A stretch of 64,000 nucleotides of DNA from Nemertoderma westbladi (Eukaryota > Animalia > Xenacoelomorpha): contig JAUCBJ010000476.1 in NCBI GenBank assembly GCA_032718475.1, positions 1-64,000 on the forward strand. Reading direction: 5' to 3'. The notes beneath the pieces are model-generated. The model searched no databases, had not been told where the DNA came from, and saw nothing but the letters and a program-made list of their open reading frames with translations. The translations under genes and the position numbers were made by a program. This document shows positions 1 to 12,600 of this stretch, one piece after another; the first letter of the stretch is position 1, and each line of letters begins with the position of its first letter.

Positions 1-33
1 GTGAGTACCAGTTTCCTCTGGGGTGTAAATTAT

Positions 34-68
<35 letters not shown>

Positions 69-219
69 AAATACAGTAAGCTTAGTCCCTGTGCTGGAAA
101 AATGGATGAATAATACTTAATTACTAATACTGTCGAGTAAACTCGACAGCCTATTTCAACAAACTGGGAGTAACAAAAGTAGCGAGAATTGTCAGTGGTA
201 GTTTATATTACAATAATAA

Positions 220-2390
220 TCAAATTCTTACACCATCATGGCACTGGTTAACGTACTCGATTTTTTTACTGGTTTGATAAATTCTATTTTTCCATAGGAG
301 TACTAATCCATCTATTCCGCAAGTTGCGAATCCTTCGCTGTTACTGGTGAGACACAGCACGGAACCACTGTGTCCGAAACACTCCCCTATAAGATGAAGT
401 TTCATACCATCCGATTGACATCTGCGTCCGTTAAGCACGTTTGATAAAGACTCAAATTGCGCGTGAGTTTTACAGTTATTCTAAAGGGATGGAAAGTAAC
501 GGTACCATAGAAAATACTAAATACATGTATATAGGTTGTCACCTACAGTAGTTGTAAGTAATAATTACAAAATGTAGCTAATATGGCAATTCTGTTTGGT
601 TAATATTATAATTATTGTTTTCGTTAGACTATATTTCAGGGTAGAAAATCTCAGGTTTATTGTATACCGTTTATGGACATGTACAGTACATTCTGCTATG
701 CCCCTTGAGGAAAAAATTTTATTTTAGTTTTAGTAAATATTATATTAAATGCCTACAAGTTATTATAAATAGAATAATGTTCTAATATTAAGGTTCGGAA
801 ATGGAAAACAATAGGAAGCACAAGCACGTCACCGAGGGTTGAACCAGCGCTATAGGCCTACGGACGTTTCGGCCTATCAGACCTCATCAGTAGCGCCAAC
901 AAGGTAAGCCACACTCACTCATCACATATAATCAATCCACTTATATTGAACATGCAGTCTTAAGTTGCATATCCTATCCCAATTAATTTAATAAATACAA
1001 TATACAGTAAAAGACTTTCAATAATGGCCTTGATGACACTTGCAAGCGCAGGTCGTCCCCGTGTTCAGGTGCAAGTTATTTTTGAATAAATTTGCATACT
1101 ATCTAATTTGGGGCACCCGGTTTTATGATTACCTACTGTATAATAGTGAAATCTCGCTAAGCACTCACAATATTACTTGATTATCGGGTACATTGGCTCT
1201 ATAATGTTTGGTCAAGTAACAAGTATGAATAAACAAAATGAAAACAACATTGAACGAAATGATAAACTCACCTCCAGATCCTCACAGGCTGCCCACAACC
1301 GAACTGTGCCGTCTTCACAACTGGAAGCGAGCAACGACCCACCATGAACAAGGTCCAACGACAAAATTTTACCAAAGTGAGCGATTCTCTGTTCGACGAC
1401 AGAACTTCCCAAGCTGTGGTCGTAAACCACGAAACCTTTCCCTATCGCTGCGGCAATATATCTTTTATCGATCACCAGAATCGCTTGAACCATGTACGGG
1501 AAAGGATTATGGGGAACTCCTTCGTATTCGTTGTTGTCGACGTGGTTTAATGTGGCGTAACATTGATCCAAATGAGTAACAGACCAAACCTTAATGTCAC
1601 CGTCGCAAGAACAACTCACAAAAGACGTTTCACTTACAACTTGGAGGTCTCTGATATCTTGTCTGTGTGGTGGCAATCTCTTGACCACCCTTAACTCTTT
1701 CTGGATAGCTATTTGATCATTACAATTGTCCATTATTTGGGATATTTTATAGACTGTTAATTGCTTCCCTGATGCTGTAACCAGTCTGTCTTTTGGTAAA
1801 CCTACTATGTGAGTGATACCATCGCTGCCATCATCTTGTTTGGCGTTATCATTAAGCTCTCCGTTAAAATCCCACAAACTAAGATCTTTTCCTCCGGCAC
1901 AAAATACCGATATGTTCTGGTTGAAAATATATTCCATAATTAGGATAACCTTAATAGGATTGTTGTGGTCGGCTGTATATACATAGAGTGAGTCTCCGGT
2001 ATTGCTATTCCATAAACGAATTGTGCCGTCTAGAGAACTACTCATAACCAACAAGTCGTCAACGCAAGCGACAGCTGGCGAAGGCTGAATGCTCCTTGGT
2101 AATACACGAAGACATGTGATCAGTTTGCTGTGGCCTTGGAGTACAACCAATAAAGTTCCTTGCTCGAGCGACCAAATAGCGGCGGTGCAATCATGACTGG
2201 CCGAGGCAATACGGCCGGCGTCTATCAATACCAGTAAGTGAACCGTAGTGCGATGAAATGTCAATATTTGTAAGTCAGTGAAGTCGTTTCGAGGTTGCGA
2301 TGGTTCAATCCTTGGGGGTACAGTTTTTTCACGTATCAATTGACCAAATTCCGACTCCCATTGTTGTCTTATATTCTTATTTTTCGGCAT
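220..2390 (-). CDS. WDR41: WD repeat-containing protein 41 (C9orf72-SMCR8 complex subunit); exons 1272..2390 and 220..480, about 459 aa
   Basis: Several WD40 repeats. The N-terminal NDFTDLQILTFHRTTVHLLVLIDAGRIASASHD and C-terminal LHLIGECFGHSGSV...TCGIDGLVLLWKN resemble my recollection of WDR41. Donor GAG|GTGAGT at 1272/1271 and acceptor TTTAG at 482-481 join the two ORF-track ORFs in phase 0. Confidence 0.85.
847..896 (-). ncRNA. Type I minimal hammerhead ribozyme motif (Penelope-type), interrupted by a 6-nt insertion
   Basis: Minus strand reads GCGCTA CTGATGA GGTCT-gat-AGGCC GAAAC gtcc GTA ggccta TAGCGC: stem I GCGCTA/TAGCGC, stem II, and core CUGAUGA/GAAA. Lies in the WDR41 intron. Confidence 0.7.
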
Positions 2391-3726
2391 TCCTGGCTAT
2401 TTTATGAATTAAATTTTTTATGAAAAACAATTTCTATCTGAAAAATTCACTTTTTTTGTAGAAAACAGTGCTAGAAAGTAGTGCTTTCGCGCACTATTAC
2501 TTCTTTATACTACTATTTTAGAGGCAGAAATTACGTGATTTTAGATCAGTAGTCAGAGCGCACAGGTGCTGTGCTACTATTATTATTATTTACCGATATC
2601 GAGACCCGGTTGCAGCAGCAAATTTCGTAAATTCTAATCCTTAATATTGCAATAAAATTTGATCGGATATAATCACCTTCTTGTGCTATATTCACACATA
2701 TTCGCTATAATTACACAAACTCGTCAATGATCCCCAACTGGATGGGAATCAGTCCAGTCGGATTATTGATGACAATCATATTACCCGTAATTACTAAAAT
2801 CTCCCAAAACTTTAGCCTACTCCCCATAGAGAAGGTTTTGAAAATGTTATGCCTTTTCCAACAGTATTTATTAATATAGGCCTACTTTATATCACATAGT
2901 AAGAGTATACTTTGTACTGTCTGTACGTGAATGTACGTATATCGTACATTGCCCTTAACATCTTAAACAGAGTTGAGTTACGATATTATTATATTAACTG
3001 AGTAGCAGGCGATCTGTATACATGTACATACTCATACCATTGTACATGATAGGACACCATATCCCTCCCAATCCGTGGTTCCAACCACATGGGGGTAAAA
3101 TAGTAAACGCGAAACGCCTGCCTTCGCAAACATTACCATAGCGCAATTTCTCTGCATTAAGGATGGACTTGGTTGAGCATTTGGCAGATTAAAATATGAG
3201 CTCATGGTGTCAGCGTTAACAATCGTAATATCGAAAGACAGACGGCGAGCTAGGTTATCTCGGAAAGTATCAGGGTTCAGGTCACTATGGTAGAGCTGCA
3301 ATGGTTATACAATCAGCCATGCGCCAGTATGGTGATATGTAGTTTGTTCCCTGTACGTTGACGTTGAATAGGGGGGAGCAGAAATAGTACCTCAGCCTCA
3401 GTATCTCTTTAGGACATCTTGAGCTTCCCAACTAGACTTCAGAGCTTCAAATAGCAGATCTCGGCGCGGCGGTTTGCAGCCATGAAAATTATTCTATGTT
3501 TGATGGTGTCCGTCCACTAATGAAATTAAATGTTTTAATATTAATTGAAATGCATGCATGGATTGCTAACATAATTTATGTAATAATATATTATTTTATT
3601 CAAACTTAAGTATGACTTCTTTGATTAGCTGATCGAGGGGGGTGAGAGTGAGCAGTCTTTATATTACGATGGCCATGCTGCAACGGTATGCCTATACAAT
3701 ATAACTAATGCGTAGCTAGCTACAAA

Positions 3727-4417
3727 TGTAAGAGCGGTTTCTATGCTCTTGTGTATAAAACAATAAGATGATCTATGTGATTGTAATATGTTCAACTATA
3801 GTTGGATTTCACCCAGTTTACACGGTTACGTCCCATAAAGAAGAATAATTTGTTTATTTGATTGGGAATTAGGAGCATATTTATTATAGAAAATATATAA
3901 GATAATAATATACGATTATAAGCGGTAAGGGATAATAAGATAACGGAAACATAAGAACATTAATACATAATAAGAGATCTAATAATATAAACGTAAAATA
4001 TCGTAAGAGTCAAGAATACAATGTAATAAAGAGTGTTAATAGGGGGAGTTTCCGTTTGGGAAACTGCGGAATGAGACCGACTATATTGAAATGAGTAATG
4101 TTGAGCTCGGTAAGCTGTAGAAATACAGTGAAGTAATAATAGGGGTGACAGTGTGGTGGGCCTTGATTGGTTAATGGGTAATAAAAGGATTGTAGCGCAG
4201 TGGAGATACCTACCTAATATAGCTGAACAGAAGTGAAGGGAAGAATACAGCTGTTTATCTGTATAGGATAAACGGCTGTGAATCGGGGCAGCCAATAATG
4301 GTCGAATGAGTATGTTGGAGATGAGATAGATATTGGTTTGCAACAATAAGCTGGGAGAATGGGCGGTGATGTAATGATAATATATTTTTTATTGTTTGAG
4401 AGAGACCCGCCACTACA
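3727..4417 (-). repeat. 3' LTR of BEL/Pao element
   Basis: Direct repeat of 12923..13613 (identical 128-aa spurious ORF in both copies). On the minus strand it is preceded by the PPT-like AAGGGGGAC. Confidence 0.95.
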
Positions 4418-4595
4418 GTCCCCCTTAAAAATTTTCAAATTTTTACACGATATCTGGGCTTCCTCAAAACATCTTAAAAATTTCAAATAATCGAAGGAAC
4501 ATCTTGTCCCACTCAAATAATATTAATCTATGGCCTTTATATTTTACCTCGGTGGACGAACAGGACATACAAAACAACGATTACACACAGGACAT

Positions 4596-4760
4596 ACATT
4601 TAAAAGTATGGGTAAACCATACGAATGACAGATAAACATAAAGGATACATATATGACGTACATTTAAAAGTATGGAGTTGCCATACGAGTGAAACAGACG
4701 TACAGAAGACAACACATATAACACGGAGGACAAACATTTAAAAGTATGGATATGCCATAC
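4596..4760 (-). repeat. Three spaced copies of ACATTTAAAA-GTATGG-N5-CCATAC in the BEL 3' UTR
   Basis: Copies at 4596-4622, 4660-4686 and 4734-4760; invariant 6-bp stem; loops gtaaa, agttg, atatg. Confidence 0.8.
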
Positions 4761-5407
4761 AAAGGAGATAAGAAGCTCCTTGGTGTCTAAAGGGTCATTG
4801 AAGGTCAAAGATTAACATTATTAATACAATACTTAAGGAAGGTAATTTGTTCAGTAATGTATTTGACGAAGTTAAGATACGTGTAATATTCAAATAATGT
4901 ATCGTCAATTTTGTAAAATTAAGTTAAAATTGTTTATAATATATCTCATCTTAAGGACACTATGTAAATAGGAAACGATAAACAATTATGACACAATGAT
5001 TTAGGATTATAGATTAGGTTGTTAGGAGTGTGGTGATAGATTAGTTAGAGTAACTACTATAGGGTGAATAAATTCAAAATACTTATGAATTACACCACTA
5101 CATTACATTGTTTACAATGTACCCTGTAAACTCGACCATCACCAATTGACACGGTTAATACTTAATAATATCTTTACCAATGGATCTCTAGTTATAATTT
5201 TATAGTTCGTTGCTTATAGTTCCATTTAACCGAGTTCAATATGCATCCTTCAGTGGTAGTCAACAAAGATGTGGACGACCATCATATCATACCCAGGAAT
5301 TTTGGTAGCCAAAACCTAAAAGGAAATTAAGGGAAATTATTTAATATTTGATAAGTATACAAAGTATGCTGGTTTATTAGTTAATTAATTTTAGTAGTAG
5401 TTTATTG

Positions 5408-8400
5408 TTACTTATTTATTTCCTCTAAGAGGCATAGTTTATCAAGTGGTCTTTTGTAAACTCCCAAGGAGGTTTTTACTTCAACTGATCTAATTAACCC
5501 CACATCATCAGGGTATACTTGCGTTATACGACCCACACTCCAACTACTGCGTGTTTGACCTTCATCTACAAGCAATACGACATCGCCTACTGCAAGGTTG
5601 TTGCGAACACGTGTCCACTTCTGTCTTGATTGAAGTGTCACTAAGTATTCGCGTACCCAGCGGGTCCAAAAATGATTGGCTAGTAACTGAGCCTGGCGCC
5701 ATTTACGAGTTGAGTATGTATCACTGTCGTAGATGGGACCTGGTGGTAAATTGTAAGCAGGGCGCTGTAATAGAAGGTGGTTCGGAGTTAATATTTCATC
5801 AGCTTTAGGGTCATCGGTACTAAGGCACAAGGGGCGGCTGTTTAGAATGCACTCTACTTCTGCTAATGATGTCACTAACACGTCATCTGTGACAAGAGAA
5901 TTTCCAAGGACCTGAAACAGAACTTGTTTGATTGAACGGATCAGCCGTTCATATACACCACCCATATGGGGGGCGTACGGTGTTATAAATTTCCATGTAA
6001 TGCCCTTTGGGCGCAGGGCAATATCGATCTGATGTTCCCATAGTTCCAGGTTTTGCCGTAATTCTGACTCGGCACCTACGAAGTTTCCCCCATTGTCTGA
6101 AACTATTTCCTTTGGCGAACCTCTCCGTGCTTTAAAACGGGAGAACACATTGATAAAGGCATCAGCTGATGCATCAGCAGCTACATCGAGGTGTACTGCT
6201 CTACAGTTAAGGCACGTAAAGATAAAGGCATAACGCTTTATAGAACCTCTCCCGTATTTGACCTTTAGTGGACCAAACATATCAACGGCTGAAAACGTAA
6301 ATGGCGGCTCATATGGGGTCAGTCTAGAGGACGGCAATGGCGCCATAAGCTGATTCACACGTGGAGCCTTACATTGCCGACATTTAAAGCACTTACGTAT
6401 TAAAGACTTGCAGAAAGTGATAAGGCCAGGGATCCAATAGGATTCCCTTACCTTGGCAACTACTTGGTTGGGACCGGCATGTAATAAATAGATGTGCCAG
6501 TGCCATACTATGACATTTGTAAGTGGGTGTAACTTACTCAAAATTATAGGGTGTTTTGTATCGTAGGATACTGGGGCGGAGGTAATGCGGCCACCTACCC
6601 GCAATAAACCATCCTGAGTTAGGATTGGGGCTAGATTAGCTAGTGGGCTTGAGCTAGCTACTGGGGATGAATGCAGTAACATTTGAATTTCGTTGGGATA
6701 GGATTGCCTCTGTGAGAAATAAATTAGACATCGTCCAGCATGGTGACGTTCACTTACCGAGACAAATCTCCCTTTAAGATTTAAGACCGAATTTGGATTT
6801 AAAGAATACTTGCAAAGACGTAAGATCCATGCGAACAGAGTCTGTAATTTATTCCATGACGAATGTTTAGCTATAAGTGAACCTATAGCATTAAATGCTG
6901 TGTTAGAATCAATGTGGACATTAAGAATTATTTCAGTGTCAGGATTGTGGTATGGTGTCTGTTCTTCGACAACTATGTCAAACCAAAAGTCCGTCATGGT
7001 GATGTCATCGTTATAATCAATATCAGATGATACCAATATATGAGAAGTTAGCACATCTGGGTTATTGATTAGTGTATTAGTGATAGTTTCTGGGCATATG
7101 GTTGATACTGTCGTCCATGTTTCCTCAGGCTGAACGAGAAAAGGAGGCCCATGCCACCATTTCTGTGAATTAATGAGCTTGACTGCTGTAAGCCCACGAG
7201 TAATGTCATCTGCAGGGTTTAAATGACCAGGTACATGTTGCCATTGTGAACTGGTTGTACGATCAAGGATATACTTAGCGCGGTTGTGAACAAAACATCG
7301 AAATTGCTTGACGGTGTTGTTTATGTACCCAAGTACGACAGTAGAGTCTGTCCAAAAATAACATTTAGCGATTGGTAAGTCTAGGGATTCTAACACAGTT
7401 TCACTTACCTGTGCTGCTAAAACTGCAGCTTGGAGCTCTAATCGAGGAACTGAATGTCCAGAGGCTGTACGAACTAACTTACCTTTGCTGAAAACGAAAG
7501 ATGAATTTATTTCATTATCACTTACAGATCGGATGTACAATACTGTACCGTAGGCCACTTTAGAAGCGTCTGAGAAAATATGTAGCTGGTAGTTGATTGG
7601 ACCCGAATGGACGGGGATGTACATCCTAGGGATTTCCAGTTCGCTGAGCATAGGAAGTTGATCTCGCCACTTCATCCATTGACGTGCTGTATCTGGTGGG
7701 AGTGGGGTATCCCAGTCTAATTCCATTGACCACATTTTTGCTATAACTAATCGACCTGCTATGATTAAAGGCAAGATAAAGTTAATGGGATCGTACAATG
7801 AGCTAGTCAAAGAGACGCATCCCCGTTTAGTTAATGGTGTGTTTTTAAGCACATAGGAGAATATGAAGTTATCTGAATTTGTGTCCCAGGAAACTCCAAG
7901 GGCACGGGTTATAGGAAGATTATCAAAATCTAAGTTAATGAAGGATTTTGCCTTTTCTGAATCGGGAAAGGCATCTAGGAATTGTCTAGAATTGGAGGCA
8001 AATTTTGTAAGGTGAAAGCCACCTAATTTGAGGCAATCTACCATTCCAGAAGCGATGTGAATAGCTTCAGAGACAGATGCTGCACTTTTGAGGCCATCAT
8101 CCACATACATGTGGCGATTAATGGCATCAATCACCTCCGGGCTAAAATGACTGGCATTATCAATAGCAGTTCGTTTGACTGATCCTGATGCCACAAAGGA
8201 TGAATCGCATGCACCAAATATATGTACTAACATTTGGTAAGTCTCCACTGTGGTAGAGCCATCGGGTTGCCACAAAAAGCGAAGACTATCGGCATCGCCT
8301 GGTGTGACTCTCACCTGGTGGTACATTTCCTTTATGTCGCAGGTGAAAGCCACAGGAGATTGTCGAAAACGCAAAAGAATTCCAATAAGGCTACTGGTGA

Positions 8401-9538
8401 GATTAGGACCTTCTAACAGTTGACTATTGAGGGACATCCCTCGGTATAAGGCAGCAGCATCATTTACGATCCTTATCTCACCAGGCTTGTTGGGATTCTC
8501 AACAAAATGATGGGCGAGGTAATATGTCTGTGGCCCTGGGGTTATCTCACATGGTAGGAGTTTGCGAGCATAACCCTTCAAGACATAATCGTCTATTTTT
8601 TGTTGATAAAGGGCATGGATATGTGGCTTACGATGTAGCTGACGGATTAAATATGCGAAACGGGATTTTGCCATATTATAATTATTAATTAATAATGGAG
8701 GTGAGTCCCTCCAGAGCATTCCTACCTGATAGTGACCATCCACTAGACGTATTGACTTAGAAAACATTTCTAATGCTTTTAAGTCATCCATGGATGGTGA
8801 TAGAAACTCATCGATGAGGGGTGAGGGTTTTGGGTCTGAAGGTGAACTTTCAGCAAAACTCTGAAATTTCATCCATTGAGTGACCTGTTTAGAGATGTCG
8901 CGGTCTGTGCAAGGGTCATTGACTGTGATGTGATTAAACTGTGTTACTGTACTATTGGGTTCAACTGCTTTACAGCTCACAGGACCGATTATGCACCATC
9001 CAAATGGTGTCCTAATTGCAGAGGGATTAGGGTTCCCAGCCTTTGGGAATACATGTACATCCCTAGCTAGGGCCTCAGGATGGTTACCACCAACCAGAAT
9101 TGTGATTGATGGGATATCAAGATTAGGGCAGCATGTCACATATGGCAATATGTGATCTAAGTGCTGGAGCGTTTTAGGACACAGTTGTGTTACATCATAT
9201 GAGTAATCCCTTTTGAAATCGGGGACTACAAATACTTGAGGCATGTTGATGACAAAATTGGGTTTAATTTCTGGCTGCCCTTTGATAGGTGAGATACTAC
9301 ATGATATTTCCCCTAGAGAAACAGACATATTTGATTGGAAGACAGTACTGACATTAAGAGAAGTAGTTTCGGGAATGATACCAAGAGTATCGGTTACATT
9401 TTTGTCAACAAATGTCGCAGTAGACCCATCATCAAGAAGTGCATATGTAGTGAGTGATTTATTGGCAATGCATATGGTTACTGGGACTACTGATAACCAT
9501 ACGGGTTGTACTTTGGCAATTGATAAGTGTACAGACAT
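5408..9538 (-). CDS. pol: BEL/Pao Pol (aspartic protease, RT, RNase H, integrase)
   Basis: ALLDDGSTATF protease motif; DIKEMYHQV and MYVDD (RT); HIFSDASKVAYG (RNase H); H..HAG..C..C zinc finger with VDMFGP/SDNGGNF/GGVYER (integrase); BEL-type C-terminus FWTRWVREYL. Confidence 0.95.
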   Translation of the reverse strand: MSVHLSIAKVQPVWLSVVPVTICIANKSLTTYALLDDGSTATFVDKNVTDTLGIIPETTSLNVSTVFQSNMSVSLGEISCSISPIKGQPEIKPNFVINMPQVFVVPDFKRDYSYDVTQLCPKTLQHLDHILPYVTCCPNLDIPSITILVGGNHPEALARDVHVFPKAGNPNPSAIRTPFGWCIIGPVSCKAVEPNSTVTQFNHITVNDPCTDRDISKQVTQWMKFQSFAESSPSDPKPSPLIDEFLSPSMDDLKALEMFSKSIRLVDGHYQVGMLWRDSPPLLINNYNMAKSRFAYLIRQLHRKPHIHALYQQKIDDYVLKGYARKLLPCEITPGPQTYYLAHHFVENPNKPGEIRIVNDAAALYRGMSLNSQLLEGPNLTSSLIGILLRFRQSPVAFTCDIKEMYHQVRVTPGDADSLRFLWQPDGSTTVETYQMLVHIFGACDSSFVASGSVKRTAIDNASHFSPEVIDAINRHMYVDDGLKSAASVSEAIHIASGMVDCLKLGGFHLTKFASNSRQFLDAFPDSEKAKSFINLDFDNLPITRALGVSWDTNSDNFIFSYVLKNTPLTKRGCVSLTSSLYDPINFILPLIIAGRLVIAKMWSMELDWDTPLPPDTARQWMKWRDQLPMLSELEIPRMYIPVHSGPINYQLHIFSDASKVAYGTVLYIRSVSDNEINSSFVFSKGKLVRTASGHSVPRLELQAAVLAAQVSETVLESLDLPIAKCYFWTDSTVVLGYINNTVKQFRCFVHNRAKYILDRTTSSQWQHVPGHLNPADDITRGLTAVKLINSQKWWHGPPFLVQPEETWTTVSTICPETITNTLINNPDVLTSHILVSSDIDYNDDITMTDFWFDIVVEEQTPYHNPDTEIILNVHIDSNTAFNAIGSLIAKHSSWNKLQTLFAWILRLCKYSLNPNSVLNLKGRFVSVSERHHAGRCLIYFSQRQSYPNEIQMLLHSSPVASSSPLANLAPILTQDGLLRVGGRITSAPVSYDTKHPIILSKLHPLTNVIVWHWHIYLLHAGPNQVVAKVRESYWIPGLITFCKSLIRKCFKCRQCKAPRVNQLMAPLPSSRLTPYEPPFTFSAVDMFGPLKVKYGRGSIKRYAFIFTCLNCRAVHLDVAADASADAFINVFSRFKARRGSPKEIVSDNGGNFVGAESELRQNLELWEHQIDIALRPKGITWKFITPYAPHMGGVYERLIRSIKQVLFQVLGNSLVTDDVLVTSLAEVECILNSRPLCLSTDDPKADEILTPNHLLLQRPAYNLPPGPIYDSDTYSTRKWRQAQLLANHFWTRWVREYLVTLQSRQKWTRVRNNLAVGDVVLLVDEGQTRSSWSVGRITQVYPDDVGLIRSVEVKTSLGVYKRPLDKLCLLEEINK

Positions 9539-9646
9539 GGAATTGGTTGAACTTTGTGCGCTGATGTTGCCACCTTTAGATTTTGGTCGGTCGGTGTGGC
9601 TACCAGAGCTCTCACTACTCGCAGGGTCCTTGACACTCTGTTTCGA

Positions 9647-12600
9647 TTAATTGGAATCGGAAGCCTTTGAAAATACATACGCACCATGTAATAAGGTATT
9701 GTGTTTTCCTTTGCAATCGGGAGCAAAACACACATCAACAGATTTGCAGTCCGGAATAAGATGTGAATTTGCAAAACATCGAAAGCACAACTGGTATGAA
9801 CGTACGCAGTTTAACCGTTCTTGTGGTGTAAGATTTAGAAAGGTTTTGCATTGACTGATTTTATGCCCATGTTGTTTACAGCATGGGCAGGGGTGGGATT
9901 TTAACACTTTGGGATTATTACCGACCCCTGAAGTAACTGGGATATGTACTTCAGTGGCCAAGGTTGTGACCTTTGGGCGAGGCTCAAATGAGCCACGGTC
10001 AACTATACTATAAACAGGGTCATTTATAATATCGGCTTCATTGTCAAGGAAGTCCGCAAGCTCATTGAGAGTGGGTTCCTTTTGAGAACGAGCACGAATA
10101 CCGTGAGCAACTCGACGCCATCTTGCAAGATGCTCAGTTGGTAGGTTAGAGGCAACTTGTTTGAGGTTCGAGGTAGCATTCATTTCATGACTGTTGCTCA
10201 AGTGCTGAAGAATGGTAACCTTACTTCTTACCTTATCAGCATAGTCACGAAGTTTTTCCCTTTTTATTCCAAAAGATCCATTTAAATCTACAGAAGAGAC
10301 GAGATCTCTTAGTGTAGCTTCAATGATTACACTAGGGTGACCATAACGTTTATGCAAGGTCTCCCAAGCCTTAGTGTAACCATTTGAAAGTCCTTCATAA
10401 GCCTCCACTAGCTCATGAGGTTTGCCAGACGTATATTGTAAAAGGTACTGCAATTTTTCCACATCAGAAAAATCACGCGTCGATATGAGCCTTAAAAGTA
10501 GCCACAAACGATATATACTTAGCTGAATCACCACTAAATTTTGTAGGTTCAGGGCGTGGCAAGGATAGCTTAGTATTTAATTTGCCTAAGGCATCCAGGG
10601 TGTGAGAGAGACCAGAATCTTGTAAGGCAAAATCTGATGGCGCACCATTGTGTGGGTTGGGTAATGGGGACCCTCCAAAATAGACACCACTTGATACTAT
10701 AGTGGGGTCACCTGCAATGGAAATAGAAGATCTATCATTAGGGTTCATGGATGTAATAACCGATAGTGCAGAAATAGGAGCATTTCCATCGAAATATACT
10801 GGACCATTGTGTCCCCCCATGGCAAATTGTACAAGATTTGAATTAGGAGCATTTACTGCAGACTGACCAACAGAGATTGAACTAGCAGTTACAGATGCTA
10901 TGGGATTACATAAAATTCCAGGAGTCTCACTGTATTGATACTGTAGGCCAGTGGTACTATAAGGGAAACATTGTCCCTCGTCATATAAGTTTTGTCCCCC
11001 CATGGTAAATGATGGGACGTGAGATATATTATGGGTATTGTATAGCGCAGAAGCGGCAAACTTGGGGTGCCTCTCTCGTGCAGATTGTCCCGGAACATTG
11101 CTGGGACATGATGGGACACTTTGACCTATGGGGTGGGAAGGGTGGGTGAATTGTCCCCCTATGGGGCATGTTGAAACATATATAGATGGACATGTAAGGC
11201 TATTTACATCAAGAGATGTAAATGCCACGGGCTCCTCTTGACTATATTGTTCCCGGCTGGTAGTAAGATAGGATGGGACATATTGTCCTCCAGAAGTATA
11301 GGATGAATAAATGCATTGTCCGGCCGAGGAACTTTTAGGATATCTCTGAGAATACTGACTTAAGGAAGATGCAGTATTAAAAAGCGATGTTGGGGGTATA
11401 AAGAGACCAGTTGTACAAAAATTACCTAGTGGGATAATTTCAGAAACTCTACTATTAATTAGCGCACTAGTAGGTCTTATAGGAGACGTAAGATTAAAAA
11501 TTGGAAGTTGAGATGACACTACTGATGTTGTTTCTACAGTGACGGGGTAGGAATGAGATTGACTAGACTGTAGATTATTTTGTGCTGATTCATAGGAATC
11601 TGAGGCACTCACGTTAACAGGTAGGCCTGTGGTTGCCATGGCAACAGGGTCGACTGGAGACTCTGATTGGATCCTTGTATTAACAGTCACATTATTATTA
11701 AGATTACTTTCAGTTTGTAAATTAATTGGTACGTCATACGTGGGAGATTTTTCTGGTGATTGTAATAGCGCAGAAGCTACATAATCTGCTTCTGCTTCTC
11801 CAAATTCAGGTGATTTCAACTCTAAAGCTTCTTCAAGTGCTGCAAGTGCAAGAGCATCGCGAAGGCCACGTTCCTTTGCCAAGCGATTAATTTCTTTCTG
11901 TTGCCGCTCTGATTTTTGTAATAGCCGCTCTGATTTTTGTAATAACAATGTGTCAGCCCGATCTGCCTGAGCAGCTGCTGCTGACTGCTCGAGCTGTAGC
12001 AGAAGTAATTTTCGCTTGACTTTGGCACGATGAACTCGAACTGATGCGCTCGTAGAGGCTCGAGTATGTGCTGTAGAGCCAGAGTGAGTTGAAATTGTTC
12101 GATTACGTTTGAGCTCGCCAACTTGCAATTGTTCATGAGATGATACATACTGTGGAACATCTGAAGGCACGACTACAATGGGTATGGCGTTACTCTGACA
12201 TGTCTGGGTCTGAGTCACGGTATGCTCATTGCTATTAATATATTCGCGAATGTCATTGAGTTTAGATTCAAGGTCTGACAGTACAGTTACTGATTGTGCA
12301 GCTAGCTCACGTGACACATCAGAAAAACCAAATCTTTCGAAATCGAAAGTTGATTTTTCATAGTGACTACACAAAGATTTGTATACATTAATACAAGAAT
12401 TAAATATAGAATCGATATTAGTAGGGTCGAATGTAGCAGACCTTTGAATGGTAAACTCATTGAAACGTCGTGTAAAATGAGCCTTATAACCAGCAATCGT
12501 TCTCTTTACGTGAGTTAGATTAGGTACTGAACTCTCACTAGACATTTCTACGGTAGGATTTACAACAGATGCAACAGGAGTTGGTGAGATAACGTTTTCA

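Noticed and set aside
3960-4346. 128-aa ORF duplicated at 13156..13542
   Set aside because: It lies wholly within the LTRs, has a non-ATG start and no recognisable domain; the duplication just reflects LTR identity.
4596-4760. CRISPR array
   Set aside because: Eukaryotic retrotransposon UTR, only three repeats with variable loops, no cas genes. Kept as a hairpin array instead.
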